From NCBI GenBank assembly GCA_051530055.1, contig CM121342.1, forward strand, positions 8,091,389-8,155,388: DNA of 64,000 nucleotides. The letters run 5' to 3'. This DNA comes from Neoechinorhynchus agilis (Eukaryota > Animalia > Acanthocephala). Under the pieces are notes generated by a model. That model ran no database searches. It saw nothing but the letters and a program-made list of their open reading frames with translations, and was not told where the DNA came from. Position numbers and translations under genes: made by a program. The first letter of the stretch is position 1. The number at the start of each line of letters is the position of its first letter. This document shows positions 45,231 to 59,900 of this stretch, one piece after another.

Positions 45231-47702
45231 TCAATTATAAATACAATCGTTGGATTTTGTATCGTTCAGATGCAGATGACTCAATGAATGACTTCTAGCA
45301 TTTCTTCCCCTTGTTTTGACAGGGACAAAAGAAGTTTTTCTCATGGAACGGATGTTAGAGACTTCACCAGAGTCGCTCATCATTTTTTCTGCTGAACATT
45401 TCAACATATAATGCCTCGTGAACATATCGTATAAACTTACATCTTCTACAAGGTGTTCAAAAGCGTTCATGGAATCCCTTTTATATTCAGGAGACGTTTA
45501 CTTTGCTATTATTTATTGACTGCTCGTATATTCCCTTCATTATAACCGAAAAAACAACCCGAGACTTTTTGAAAGTCAGTCGAACTTACGTTATAGTAAC
45601 TTTCAAACAGTGCAAACCCCAATGACGACCAAAGATGTAATCGTATCTCATAGGGCAATTAATAAAATCAAAGATAATCGGTGGAATTAGTTTTTGAGTG
45701 GGTGCGAATTGTTTAACATTCGCAAAATCACATTTAGCGATGCTCTATTCAGAAGCGCTACTGCGCTACGCGACTTGAAATTCAGATAAATGTCCTCGTG
45801 CATATGAATAAATTTAATGGTGGTCTGCAGATTTGCGTGCTATCAAAAACCCTTAATAATACCGAGCGGTCTTAAAATAAATTTATATTTGTAAATAATG
45901 TGAGACCTTTAAGAGGATAATACAAATACCGATGTTTTCAATGGCTTTATTCAAGGGGCAAAGAACTTATAAAATTCTTCAACACAATAGTGATTATTCG
46001 TCGTCTTGTAAAAAACGCGATAATTTCAGTGCCTTCAAAAGTGCTGCATTTATCTCACCTTTTCCTGGCGTCTGATTTAAACAAAATTCAAAAATGTTCA
46101 CATTTATGCTTATGGCAGTCTTTTGAAGGCCAGTCGCATTCAAGTTCAATTTCTTATACAATGAAATGTTTTAAAAAAATGCCGAGTTTGACGAAATCGT
46201 TCGTCTTTGAAAACAAAACGAACAAGACTTAATTTCTTTAAAAAAAAGAGTGAGGGCACAACACAAGCAACAAAGTTTCTCCAAAAACAGTGAGTATTTG
46301 CAGAAAGCCAAATCCCAAAGACGACCGAAGATGCGATAGCATCTCACAGCGCAAGAGAATTAATTTCACTCCCTCAGATAAAGCATCAATAACACTGGAT
46401 TTTTTTAGATTCTTATTGATAAAAATGCGTCATCTTATGCATTACCGTTATTCTTAACGCATTTGACGTCACGATTCGCATTCATTGCTCTTTAACATCG
46501 ACAGAGAAGATCCTTCGAGTTAATAAAAGTATAATTTTGGTGAAAATAATCCCGGTCATTACATATTTTATTTATAGGGGAAATATGTGATGACCGGGAT
46601 TATTCTCACCGAAAGTATATCGCTCTTTATTCATTTTCAACTGAACGGTGTAATTGTTTTGATCAGTTCAATTTACCCGTTCCTTATATCATTGTTGTTC
46701 GCTTCATAAATACCACAAAATTTTAAGCTTTAAATTCTCGAATCGCTTTCTAATACGTTTGATTTCCTCTGCTTGTAATTTTTGTGCAGTTTGAAAGAAT
46801 TCTTTCTCGTCTGCAACATTTATACCGTCGGCCACGCGTTTTCATGGGTGCACAATCGAACTTTAAGCTCCATAAAGGTTCCGGAGGTTAGTTAGCAATT
46901 CTCTGTTCCGTATTTGTGATTTGGTCTTCATTCGTCACGGTGAATCGTTTCCTTTTATTTGCGTATTCTTCATATTTATCTTTCATTCAATGCTTCGACT
47001 ACTTTTTTATTCATCGTTTCAGTCGCGGAGCTCGACTATTAATGTCGACCAACCACACCGATCGTCATTCTAAAACCTTTTGCGCTTTTTATACGAAACC
47101 TTTCCTGTTTTAACATCCGATTTCCTTTTTCTTGACTCTCTGTCCACATATCCGAGTTCGTCAATACGTTAAAATCAATCGCAATTTTTTGCATCTCGTT
47201 CACCTTTTTAATTCTACTTTCTACAAATTATTTATGCAGGTTTGGTAGCTTTCCGCTATTTCCTTTATAGTTACATTAGAGCTATCCATTTCTACCATTT
47301 TCACCTCAATTTCGTCAACCCTGGCTGCTTGAACAAATCGTTCTTTTTCTGTTCGTTCGAATGCTTCAATCTGCTACCTAATAAATATTGAAGCAAATCA
47401 CGAGACATTATTGGTGCTGATAATATTAAGGTATGAAAGATTCCCTAAAAACGCACATCATTTCAGTAGATCGTATTTTTGAAATATTTAGGAGATGATA
47501 ATCTAGAATATTAGGATGTAACAAAAATTGAAAGTGCTGTTTAACTTAAAAATTTATTTAGGATTCAAAAAATATCAAAACGTTCTTGCCAAAAGTTACA
47601 ATGCTCTTGGCGTTCTCCGCTCTATTTTTCAATGCGTGTTGTCGAGCGATGAACCTTGAAAGTCCAAAATAAATGATTCGGGCATTATCCCCGTCTGTCA
47701 TT
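45231..47702 (-). CDS. Possible unidentified multi-exon gene
   Basis: Short open frames with plausible GT/AG boundaries (~47700-47600, 47357-47300, 47213-47100, 45470-45231); no recognisable family. Confidence 0.25.
46530..46620. repeat. ~90-bp near-perfect hairpin (MITE-like)
   Basis: ggtgaaaataatcccggtcattacatattt / aaatatgtgatgaccgggattattctcacc. Confidence 0.7.
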
Positions 47703-48222
47703 GGATTCCGGATTGTGAATTGTATTTGGTAAATGTTGTAATCGTTCGAATGATAATCGAATCGATTTCGTAGGAACGTCGAATTTAGTGCGGCTTTAAT
47801 TTTTCATGGAAATCACAGCGGGTTTGCTGAAAATATCATTGAGGTTATAATTTTTCGCATACTATACAAATTACTCTTGCTGCCTTCCAGAAGATTTCAT
47901 CAATCCTTTGCATTTTTTACAGTTAATGAAGGATTTCATCAATATTTATCTTGTCACTGTTTTTTAAGAATAAGCAAGACATACATGACTAGTTGTTATT
48001 TAGGTCACTTGTAGACACGCGAGGGAGATCGTCCAAGACGAAATTTCGACTGATTGAATCAGTCATTGTCAATTCAATCTAAAAATTGCAGAGGAATTTG
48101 TCACAACATACCCATGATTGTTCATTTGGACTCGGGAACCTGGGATCGTCAACACGCATGCGAAGACCAGCCTCGCACCTGCGTTAATTAACAAAAGCGA
48201 TTATATCCTTCATTTTCAGAAC

Positions 48223-50850
48223 CTAAAGAAAAATTAATGTCAGCAGCTTAGAGCGTATAAAACTTTCATTTTGGGATGTTACAGTCCATTGTATCTTGTC
48301 ATCTACCGAATTTAGACTCGCACTCAATTTGTCGACATCCATACCCTTATCCGCAATAATGAAAACGTTACCGACATACCGAAGCCACCGTTTAATCGCT
48401 TTGTTTTTGCGCAGAAAACTCTTCTCCCAACTCCTCATATATATCGCCGATTATAGGAGCAAGAGGCGAGCCCATCGCTACACCATCCCTTTGATCGAAG
48501 AAAGTTCCATCGTACTCAAAGACAGTCCTCGACGTGCACCACTTCAATAGTTCGGTCCAGGTAGAAACATCCATCTTCACTTCTTCACATTTTTCCGATA
48601 GCAACATCGCAGTCATGTTAACTGCCTTGCCTATCGGTATGTTCGTAAAAAGCGAAGAAACGTCAGCCGTAAATAGAGCTCTATCGGTCAATGTCTGTCC
48701 CTTGATTTCACTAGCGAATGCAATGCCATCACTGATAAACGAGTCCGCCACTGGAAGCACATTTTTGGTTAACCTATTGATCTCCTTCGCGAGTTTATGG
48801 TTGAACGTCATGTGGCTTGCAATTGGAGGTCGAAATTGTAAGCTAGGCTTGTGGATGTTTGGCAAGAGGTACAAAAAGGCACATCGACTCAATGACGACC
48901 ACACTTTCAGATATAAGTCTTCAGGTAATATATTCCGTCTAATAGGGCTTCTCAAATAACCGTTGGATTGAGTTTCCCTCTTGGTGGTAGAGTCGTTGTT
49001 CATGCCACTGAACTTACCAGACTTCAAGAGTAGCTCGGCAGCTTCTTTGTACTTGTAAGTATCTACTGCCACTAATGCCCTGCCTTTGTCCGATTTACAG
49101 ATCGTAATCTCATCATCTGCTAATACGTTGCTTGGTATCGGCCACTCCTTATCTACCGTATTTCTATTGAGCAACCTTTATGCTTTGATCAACAGTTCAC
49201 TATCCCACCGTATATCGATTGCCCATTGTTGCCTCCGGATGATATACTCTGGTCCTTTGTTTAATAGACTTAGTTCGGTGTTGTTGAACACTCGATTCGA
49301 TTTGTTCACGAAATACATGTTGTTATTCACTCGTTTGGGACGTAAACCTTCTATCTTCTTTACATGCCGTTCCTTGACCTCGATCCTTGCCCATTCGACC
49401 TGTCGTCCACATATTGAGACATCCATTTGTCATCGACACAACCACCTCCGCAATTCCCGTGCGTTAACCATAGCCTTCGATGTTCTCCATCTCATTTCCT
49501 TAATCCCGGAATTAGTGAGTTTCCGTTCGAGGAAATGTTTCAGGTGAGATTCTTGGAATCCAATCAACCCAGATTTGATTTTCATACACTTCGGCACCAG
49601 ATCCTCCTCTCGACACACCTGTAAGAAACGCAATCCTTCTTTCAAGTTCATAACCTTCGTTTCGATCTTCACCAACTTGTAAATGGCTTTTCCGCAGTTA
49701 TCGCCATACTGCCTATAAATATCCTTCATGATAACATTCCGGTTAAAAGTAATCCTCTTGTGGCGATTCACACCCCGAGAATCAGTTTTATTTTGTAATA
49801 TTTCGTGGGCCATACCCACCTATTCAAACATTGTCATCTGAAAAACCGAAACATAGATCGCATTAGCCTATTTCCGATTGCTCTGCTTGGCTCGGGATCG
49901 CGGGGTTGCCATTCCCGTGAATCGGGGCGTTAAATACCGCACGAACACCCTGCGATTGGGTATCCGGTTTCCTCTTTACGTTGATATTCTTGATGGACAA
50001 CAGCAGTGCAAAATTCCCTTTTTTGGCCTTCCATTGTATCCGCAAAATCAATGTATACCGCCTCTAAAACCAATTTCCGCGATAGAAATCGTTCCGTGGC
50101 CAGAAACGAAGCGCCTTCAAAGTCGACCCTGTGTTGGGTGTTTTGTTCGTGATTCGAAATGGCGGAAGAATGATCGAATCGTCAGCAAGTATACTTATGT
50201 TGGGTCACTCGTATTTGCAAACTTTGCTTAGTTTGCCCTATATATTGTTTTCCACACTCAAGGCAATCGATTTTGTAAACCCCACATTCTTCACCGTGGG
50301 CCTCTTCCTCTTGCACAAGCCGGCTAAAGAGACCGCTTTTCGACACAATCAATGGTCGTAGTTTGTTCGTCGCCGCTTCGTTGATAAAGGTGTGCGTCAC
50401 GTACTTGCACGGTTCCATTAGCACACGTAAAGGATGTCGTCGTTGTTGATGGTCTCGTTAAATTCTTTTCTGCGCGACTTCGACCACCCAACATGGAAGG
50501 CCTCGCTCTCTTAACTTCGGCGATATTCTTCTTCTATCCGCTACCCAACCTCCCTAGGCTCTCCTAATCTTGTCCTGGATCGGTTGATGGCTAGACCAAT
50601 CAGGTGGGCCCCAAGGCATGTCGGGCTTTCGGAAAACGCTTGTCGTAACCTCGCCATCCCGACCACGCTGGATCATTACATCTAGGAATGAAATTGTTCA
50701 TTTTTTATTTTGGGACGTTACGGCCCATTCTATCTTGCCATCAACCGAATATAGAATCGCACGCAATTTGTCGACAACCATACCCTTATACGCAATAATG
50801 AAAACGTTACCGACATACCGAACCCGTCATTTAATCGCTTTGTTTTACAC
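48223..50850 (-). mobile_element. Penelope-like retroelement in partial-tandem arrangement, inactivated
   Basis: RT motifs LFTADVSSLFTNIP, FDQRDGVAMGSPLAP; GIY-YIG text CGVYKIDCLECGKQYIGQTK (50182-50424) lies upstream of the ORF start at 49819; direct repeat 48319-48412 / 50758-50846. Confidence 0.88.
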
Positions 50851-50919
50851 ATTCATAAACGACACCTTGTTCAATTTTTTGACAAATATCCTTGTTTATC
50901 GATATTAAAACATCATTAA

Positions 50920-53900
50920 ATTTTAGATCAAATTAACTTTTCTAGGTCTACTTTTGACGCTGATTTCACCTGCAGTAACGGTTTCCTGTGGCTTTTAAAG
51001 TCTTTACATTTAGTTTCAAGATCGAAGTTCATAAAAGACACCTGAATTAAATCAATGGGGCTTTGGAGTGGTTACCAAATGATCAAACATTCTGAGCATT
51101 TCTGATGCGCTGATTTCAATCGTGTTATCAAATTTAAATGAATCTATAAAATCTAGTGATCTCTCACTCTTGTGACTATTGACCAAATATGATAATGCGA
51201 TTTCCGATGTGAATGATGCAGCTGTAGTTTCATTTAGTACATCTTAACGCGCTGATTCCAAATCTATATTCGGATTAGCGATAGCTGTCATGGTTCTTGA
51301 GCTATTCGTTGTTCAATTTTGAGACCAATAACCTTGATTATTGATATTAATACATCAATAAATTTTAGATCAAATTTACCTTTCGAGAACTACTTTTGAC
51401 GTTGAACTCACCGGCAATAACTGTTTTTTTGTAGCTTGTTAAATTTTTACACTTTTCAATGGTGTTATCTAATTTTAATGAATCTTGCAAATTTAGTGAA
51501 CTTTCACTCTTGTGAATATTGACAAAATATGATAATGCGATTTCCGATGCGAATATCACAGCTGTAGTGCACGGAATAAGTTAATTTAGTACATCTTAAC
51601 GCGCTGATTCCAAATCTGTTCTCGGATTTTCGATAGCTTTCATGGTTCTTGAGTTATTTGTTGTTACATTTTGAGACAAACTGCCTTGATTATTGATATT
51701 AAACCATCAATGAATTTAAAATCAAATTAACTTTTCTAGATATACTTTTGACGCTGAATTCACCTGCAATAACGGTTTGATGTTGCTTGTTAAATTTTGA
51801 CACTTAGTTTTAGGATTGAAGTTCATAAAAGACACCTGAATTAAATTTGTGGTGCTCGAAAGTTGTTACGAAATGAAAAAACCTTTTGGGCATATCTGAT
51901 GCGCTGATTTCAATGGTGTTATCTAATTTTAATGAATTTTGCAAATTTAGTGATCTTTCACTCTTGTGAATATTTACAAAATATGATAATGCGATTTCCG
52001 AATCGAATATTACAGCTGTAGTGTTCGGAATCAGTTAATTTAGTACATCTTTACGCCCTGATTCCAAATATGTTTTTGGATTCGCGATAGCTATCATGGT
52101 TCCTGAGTTATTTGTTGTTACATTTTGAGACAAACTACCTTGATTATTGATATTAAAACATCAATCAATTTAAGATCAAATTAACTTTTCTAGATCTACT
52201 TTTGACGCTGAATTCACCTGCAATAGCGGTTTGATTTTGCTTGTTAAATTTTGACCCTTAGTTTAAGGATGGAAGTTCATAAAAGACACCTGAATTAAAT
52301 TTGTTGTGTTCAAAGGATGTAACGAAATGAAAAAACATTTTGAGCATATATGAATCGCTGATTTCAATGGTGTTATCTAATGTTAATTAATCTTGCAAAT
52401 TTAGTGAACTTTCACTCTTGTGAATATTGACAAAATATGATAATGCGATTTCCGATGTGAATATTACAGCTGTAGTGTACGTTATAAGTTAATGTAGTAC
52501 ATCTTGACGCGCTGATTCCAAATCTGTTTTCGGATTTTCGATAGCTATCATGGTTCCTGAGTTATTTGTTGTTACATTTTGAGACAAACTACCTTGATTA
52601 TTGATATTAAAACATCAATCAATTTAAGATAAAATTAACTTTTCTAGATCTACTTTTGACCCTGAATTAACCTGCAATAACGGTTTAATGTTGCTTGTTA
52701 AATTTAGATCCTTAGTTTCAGGATTGAAGTTCATAAAAGACACCTGAATTAAATTTGTTGTGTTCGAAGGTTGTAACGAAATGAAAAAACACTTTGAGCA
52801 TATCTGATGCGCTGATTTCAATGGTGTTATCTAATGTCAATGAATCTTGCAAATTTAGTGATCTTTCACTCTTGTGAATATTGACAAAATATGATAATGC
52901 GATTTCCGATGCAAATATTACAGCTGTAGTGTACGGAATCAGTTAATTTAGTACATCTTGACGCGCTGATTCCAAATCTGTTTTTGGATTTGCGATAGCT
53001 ATCATGGTTCGTGAGTTATTTGTTGTTACATTTTGAGACAAACTACCTTGATTATTGATATTAAAACATCAATCAATTTGAGATCAAATTAACTTTTCTA
53101 GATCTACTTTTGACGCTGAATTCACCTGCAATAGCGGTTTAATGTTGCTTGTTAAATTTTGACCCTTAGTTTCAGGATTGAAGTACATAAGAGACACCTG
53201 AATTAAATTTGTTTTGTTCGAAGGTTGTAACGAAATGAAAAAAAACTTTGAGCATATCTTATACGCTGATTTCAATGGTGTTATCTTATGTTAATGCGTC
53301 TTGCAAATTTAGTGATCTTTCACTCTTGTGATTATTGACAAAATATAATAATGCGATTTCCAATGCTAGTATTACAGCTGTAGTGTACGGAATAAGTTAG
53401 TTTAGTACATCTTGACGAGCTGATTCCAAATCTGTTTTTGGATTTGCGATCGCTATCATGGTTCTTGAGTTATTTGTTGTTACATTTTAAGACAAACTAC
53501 CTTGATTATTGATATTAAAACATCAATCAATTTAAGATCAAATTAACTTTTCTAGATCTACTTTTTACGCTGAATTCACCTGCAATAAATGTTTTATGTT
53601 GCTTGTTAAATTTTGACCATTAGTTTCAGGATTGAAGTTCATAAATGACACCTGAATTAAATTTGTTGTGTTCTAAGGTTGTAACGAAATGAAAAAAAAT
53701 TTTGAGCATATCTGATGCGCTGATTTCAATAGTTTAATCTAATGTTAATGAATCTTGCAAATTGAGTTATCTTTCACTCTTGTGAATATTAAAAAAATAT
53801 AATAATGCGATTTCCGATGCGAATATTACAGCTGTAGTGTAAGGAATCAGTTAGTTTAGTTCATCTTGACGAGCTGATTCCAAATCTGTTTTCGGATTTG

Positions 53901-56900
53901 CGATAGCTATATTTGTTCCTGAGTTATTTGTTTTTACATTTTGAGACAAACTACCTTGAATATTGATATCAAAACATCAATCAATTTAAGATCAAATTAA
54001 CATTTCTAGATCTACGTTTAACGCTGAATTCGCCTGCAATAACGGTTTGATGTTGCTTGTTAAATTTTGACCCTTAGTTTCAGGATTGAAGTTCATAAAA
54101 GACACCTGAATTAAATATGTTGTGTTCGAAGGTTGTAACGAAATGAAATACATTTCGAGCATATCTGATGCGCTGATTTCAATGGTGTTATCTAATGTTA
54201 ATGAATCTTGCAAATTTAGTGATCTTTTACTCTTGTCAATATTGACAAAATATGATAATGCGGTTTCCGATGCGAATATTACAGCTGTAGTGTAAGAAAT
54301 AACCTAATTTAGTACATCTTGACGCTCTGATTCCAAATCTGTTTTCGGATTTTCGATAGCTGTCATGGTTCCTGAGTTATTTGTTGTTACATTTTGAGAC
54401 AAACTACCTTGATTATTGATATTAAAACATCAATCAATTTAAGATCAAATTAACTTTTCTAGATCTACTTTTGACGCTGAATTCACCTGCAAAAACGGTT
54501 TGATGTTGCTTGTTAAATTTTGACCCTTAGTTTAAGGATTGAAGTTCATAAAAGACACCTTAATTAAATTTGTTGTGTTCGAAGGTTGTAACGAAATGAA
54601 AAAACACTTTGAGAATATCTGATGCGCTGATTTCAATGATGCTATCTAATGTTAATGAATCTTGCAAATTTAGTTATCTTTCACTCTTGTGAATATTGAA
54701 AAAATATAATAATGCGATTTCCGATGCGAATATTACAGCTGTAGTGTAAGGAATCAGTTAATTTAGTACATCTTGACGCGCTAATTCCAAATTTGTTTTC
54801 GGATTTGCGATAGCTATCATGGTCCATCAGTTATTTGTTGTTACATTTTGAGACAAACTACCTTGATTATTGATATCAAAACATCAATCAATTTAAGATC
54901 AAATTAACTTTTCTAAATCTACGTTTGACGCTGAATTCGCCTGCAATAACGGTTTGATGTTGCTTGTTAAATTTTGACCCTTAGTTTTAGGATTGAAGTT
55001 CATAAAAGACACCTGAATTAAATTTGTTGTGTTCGAAGGTTGTAACGAAATGAAAAAACATTTCGAGCATATCTGATGCGCTGATTTCAATGGTGTTATC
55101 TAATGTTAATGAATCTTGCAAATTTAGTGATCTTTTACTCTTGTGAATATTGACAAAATATGATAATGCGGTTTCCGATGCCAATATTACAGCTGTAGTG
55201 TAAGAAATGACCTAATTTAGTACATCTTGACGCGCTGATTCTAAATCTGTTTTTGGATTTGCGATAGCTATCATGGTTCCTTAGTTATTTGTTGTTACAT
55301 TTTGAGATAAACTACCTTGATTATTGATATTAAAACACCAATAAATTTAAGATAAAATTAACTTTTCTAGATCTACTTTTGACGCTGAATTCACCTGCAA
55401 TGACGGTTTTATGTTGCTTGTTAAATTTATACCCTTAGTTTCAGGATTGAAGTTCATAAAAGACACCTGAATTAAATTTGTGGTGCTCGATAGTTGCAAC
55501 GAAATGAAACAACATTTTTAGCACATCTGATGCGCTGATTTCAATGGTGTTATAGAATGTTAATGAATCTTGCAAACTTAGTGATCTTTCACTCTTGTGA
55601 ATATTGACAAAATATGATAATGCGATTTCCGATGCGAACATCACAGCTGTAGTGTAAAGAATCAGTTAATTTAGTACATCTTGACGCGCTGATTCCAAAT
55701 CTGTTCTCGGATTTTCGATAGCTTTCATGGTTCTTGAGTTATTTGTTGTTACATTTATAGACAAACTACCTTTATTATTGATATTAAAACATCAATCAAT
55801 TTAAGATCAAATTTACTTTTCTAGATCTACTTTTGACGCTGAATTCACCTGCAAAAACGGTTTGATGTTGGTTGTTAAATTTTTACCCTTAGTTTCAGGA
55901 TTGAAGTTCATAAAAGACACCTGAATTAAATTTGTTGTGCTCGAAAGTTGTAACGAGATGAAAAAACATTTTTAGCATATCTGATTCGCTTATTTCAATG
56001 GTGTTATCTAATGTTAATGAATCTTGCAAATTTAGTGATCTTTCACTCTTGTCAATATTGACAAAATATGATTATGCGGTTTCCGATGCGAATATTACAG
56101 CTGTAGTGTAAGAAATAACCTAATTTAGTACATCTTGACGCTCTGATTCCAAATCTGTTTTTGGATTTGCGATAGCTGTCATGGTTTCTAAGTTATTTGT
56201 TGTTACATTTTGAGACAAACTACCTTGATTATTGATATTAAAACATCAATCAATTTAAGATCAAATTAACTTTTCTAGATCTACGTTTGACGCTGAATTC
56301 GCCTGCAATAACGGTTTTATGTTGCTTGGTTAATTTTTACCCTTAGTTTCAGGATTGAAGTTCATAAAAGACACCTGAATTAAATATGTTGTGTTCGAAG
56401 GTTGTAACGAAATGAAAAAACATTTCGAGCATATCTGATGCGCTGATTTCAATGGTGTTATCTAATGTTAATGAATCTATCAAATTTAGTGATCTTTTAC
56501 TCTTGTCAATATTGACAAAATATGATGATGCTTTTTCCGATGCGAATATTACAGCTGTAGTGTAAGAAATAACCTAATTTAGTACATCTTGACGCTCTTA
56601 TTCCAAATCTGTTTTCGGATTTGCGATAGCTGTCATGGTTTCTGAGTTATTTGTTGTTACATTTTGAGACAAACTACCTTGATTATTGATATTAAAACAT
56701 CAATCAATTTAAGATCAAATTAACTTTTCTAGATCTACTTTTGATGCTGAATTCACCTGCATAAACGGTTTGATGTTGCTTGTTAAATTTTGACCCTTAG
56801 TTTAAGGATTGAAGTTAATAAAAGACACCTTGATTAAATTTGTTGTGTTCGAAGGTTGTAACGAAATGAAAAAACACTTTGAGCATATCTGATTCGCTGA

Positions 56901-59900
56901 TTTCAATTATGTTATCTAATGTTAATGAATCTTGCAAATTTAGTGATCTTTCACTCTTGTTAATATTGACAAAATATGATAATGCCATTTCCGAATCGAA
57001 TATTACAGCTGTAGTGTACGGAATCAGTTAGTTTAGTACATCTTGACGCGCTGATTCCAAATCTGTTTTTGGATTTGCGATAGCTATCATGGTTCTTGAG
57101 TTATTTGTTGTTACATTTTGAGACAAACTACCTTGATTATTGATATTAAAACATCAATTAATTTAAGATCAAATTATCTTTTCTAGATCTACGTTTGGCG
57201 CTGAATTCACCTGCAATAACGGTTTAATGTTGCTTGTTAAATTTTGACCCTTAGTTTCAGGATTGAAGTACATAAGAGACACCTGAATTAAATTTGTTTT
57301 GTTCGAATGTTGTAACGAAATGAAAAAACGCTTTGAGCATATCTTATACGCTGATTTCAATGGTGTTATCTAATGTTAATGAATCTTGCAAATTTAGTGA
57401 TCTTTCACTCTTGTGAATATTGACGAAATATGATAACTCGATTTCCGATGCGAATATTACAGCTGTAGTGTAAGGAATCGGTTAATTTAGTACATCTTGA
57501 CGCGCTGATTGCAAATCTGTTTTCGTATTTGCGATAGCTATCATGGTTCCTGAGTTATTTGTTGTTACATTTTGAGACAAACTACCTTGATTATTGATAT
57601 TAAAACATCAATCAATTTAAGATCAAATTGACTTTGCTAGATCTACTTTTGACGCTGAATTCACCTGCAATAACGGTTTGATGTTTCTTGTTAAATTTTG
57701 GCCCTTAGTTTCAGGATTGAAGTTCATAAAAGACACCTGAATCAAATTTGTTGTGTTCGAAGGTTGTAACGAAATGAAAAAGCATTTTGAGCATATCTGA
57801 TTCGCTGATTTCAATGGTGTTATCTAATGTTAATGAATCTTGCAAATTTAGTGACCTTACACTCTTGTGAATATTGACAAAATATGATAATGCGATTTCC
57901 GATGCGAATATTACAGCTGTAGTGTAAGGAATCAGTTAATTTAGTACATCTTGACGCGCTGATTCCAAATCTGTTTTCGGATTTACGATAGCTATCATGG
58001 TTACTGAGTTATTTGTTATTACATTTTGAGACAAACTACCTTGATTATTGATATTAAAACATCAACCAATTTAAGATCAAATTGACTTTTCTAGATCTAC
58101 TTTTTACGCTGAATTCACCTGCAATAACGGTTTGATGTTTCTTGTTGAATTTTGGCCCTTAGTTTCAGGATTGAAGTTCATAAAAGACACCTGAATTAAA
58201 TTTGTTGTGTTCGAAGGTTGTAACGAAATGAAAAAGCATTTTGAGCATATCTGATGCGCTGATTTCAATGGTGTTATCTAATGCTAATGAATCTTGCAAA
58301 TTTAGTGATCTTTCACTCTTGTGAATATTGACAAAATATAATAATGCGATTTCCGATGCGAATATTACAGCTGTAGTGTACGTTATAAGTTAATTTAGTA
58401 CATCTTGACGCGCTGATTCCAAATCTGTTTTCGGATTTGCGATAGCAATAATGGTTCCTGAGTTATTGGTTGTTACATTTTGAGACAAACTACCTTGATT
58501 ATTGATATTAAGACATCAATCAATTTAAGATCAAATTAACTTTTCTAGATCTACTTTTGACGCTGAATTTACCTGCAATAACGGTTTGATGTTGCTTGTT
58601 CAATTTTGACCCTTAGTTTCAGGATTGAAGTTCATAAAAGACACCTGAATTAAATTTGTTATGTTCGAAGGTTGTAACGAAATGAATATACATTTTGAGC
58701 ATATCTGACTCGCAGATTTCAATGGTGTTATCTGATGTTAATGAATCTTGCAAATTTAGTGACCTTACACTCTTGTGAATATTGACAAAATATGATAATG
58801 CGATTTCCGATGCGAATATTACAGCTGTAGTGTAAGGAATCAGTTAATTTAGTACATCTTGACGCGCTGATTCCAAATCTGTTCTTGGATTTGCGATAGC
58901 TATCATGGTTACTGATTTATTTGTTGTTACATTTTGAGACAAACTACCTTGATTATTGATATTAAAACATCAATCAATTTAAGATCAAATTAACTTTTCT
59001 AGATCTACTTTTGACGCTGAATTTACCTGCAATAACGGTTTGATATTGCTTGTTGAATTTTTACCCCTTGTCTCAGGATTGAAGTTCATAAAAGACACCT
59101 GAATTGAATTTGTGGTGCTCGATAGTTGTAACTAAATGAAAAAACATTTTGAGCATATCTGAGTCGCTGATTTCAATGGTGTTATCTAATGTTAATGAAT
59201 CTTGCAAATTTAGTGATCTTTCACTCTTGTGAATATTGACGAAATATGATAATGCGATTTCCGATGCGAATATTACAGCTGTAGTGTAAGGAATCAGTTA
59301 ATTTAGTACATCTTGACGCGCTGATTTCAAATCTGTTTTCGGATTTGCGATAGCTATCATGGTTACTGAGTTATTTGTTGTTACATTTTGAGACAAACTA
59401 CCTTGATTATTGATATTAAAACTTAAATCAATTTAAGATCAAATTAACTTTTCTAGATCTACGTTTGACGCAGAATTAACCTGCAATAACGGTTTAATGT
59501 TGCTTGTTTAATTTTGGCCCTTAGTTTCAGGATTGAAGTTCATAAAAGACAGCTTAATTAAATTTGTTGTTTTCGAAGGTTCTAACGAAATGAAAAAGCA
59601 TTTTTAGCATATCTGATGCGCTGATTTCAATGGTGTTATCTAATGTTAATGAATCTTGCAAATTTAGTGATGTTTTACTCTTGTGAATATTGACAAAATA
59701 TGATAATGCAATTTCCGATGCGAATATTACAGCTGTAGTGTACGGAGTAAGTTTATTTAGTACATCTTGACGCGTTGATTCCAAATCTGTTTTTGGATTT
59801 GCGATAGCTATCATCGTTCCTGAGTTATTTGTTGTTACATTTTGAGACAAACTACCTTGATTATTGATATTAAAACATCAATCAATTTAAGATCGAATTA

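Noticed and set aside
50150-50190. Hammerhead-like CTGACGA on the minus strand in the Penelope element
   Set aside because: No GAAA in the right place, and the stretch translates as GIY-YIG domain continuation (SAISNH...HRVDF) with a premature stop.
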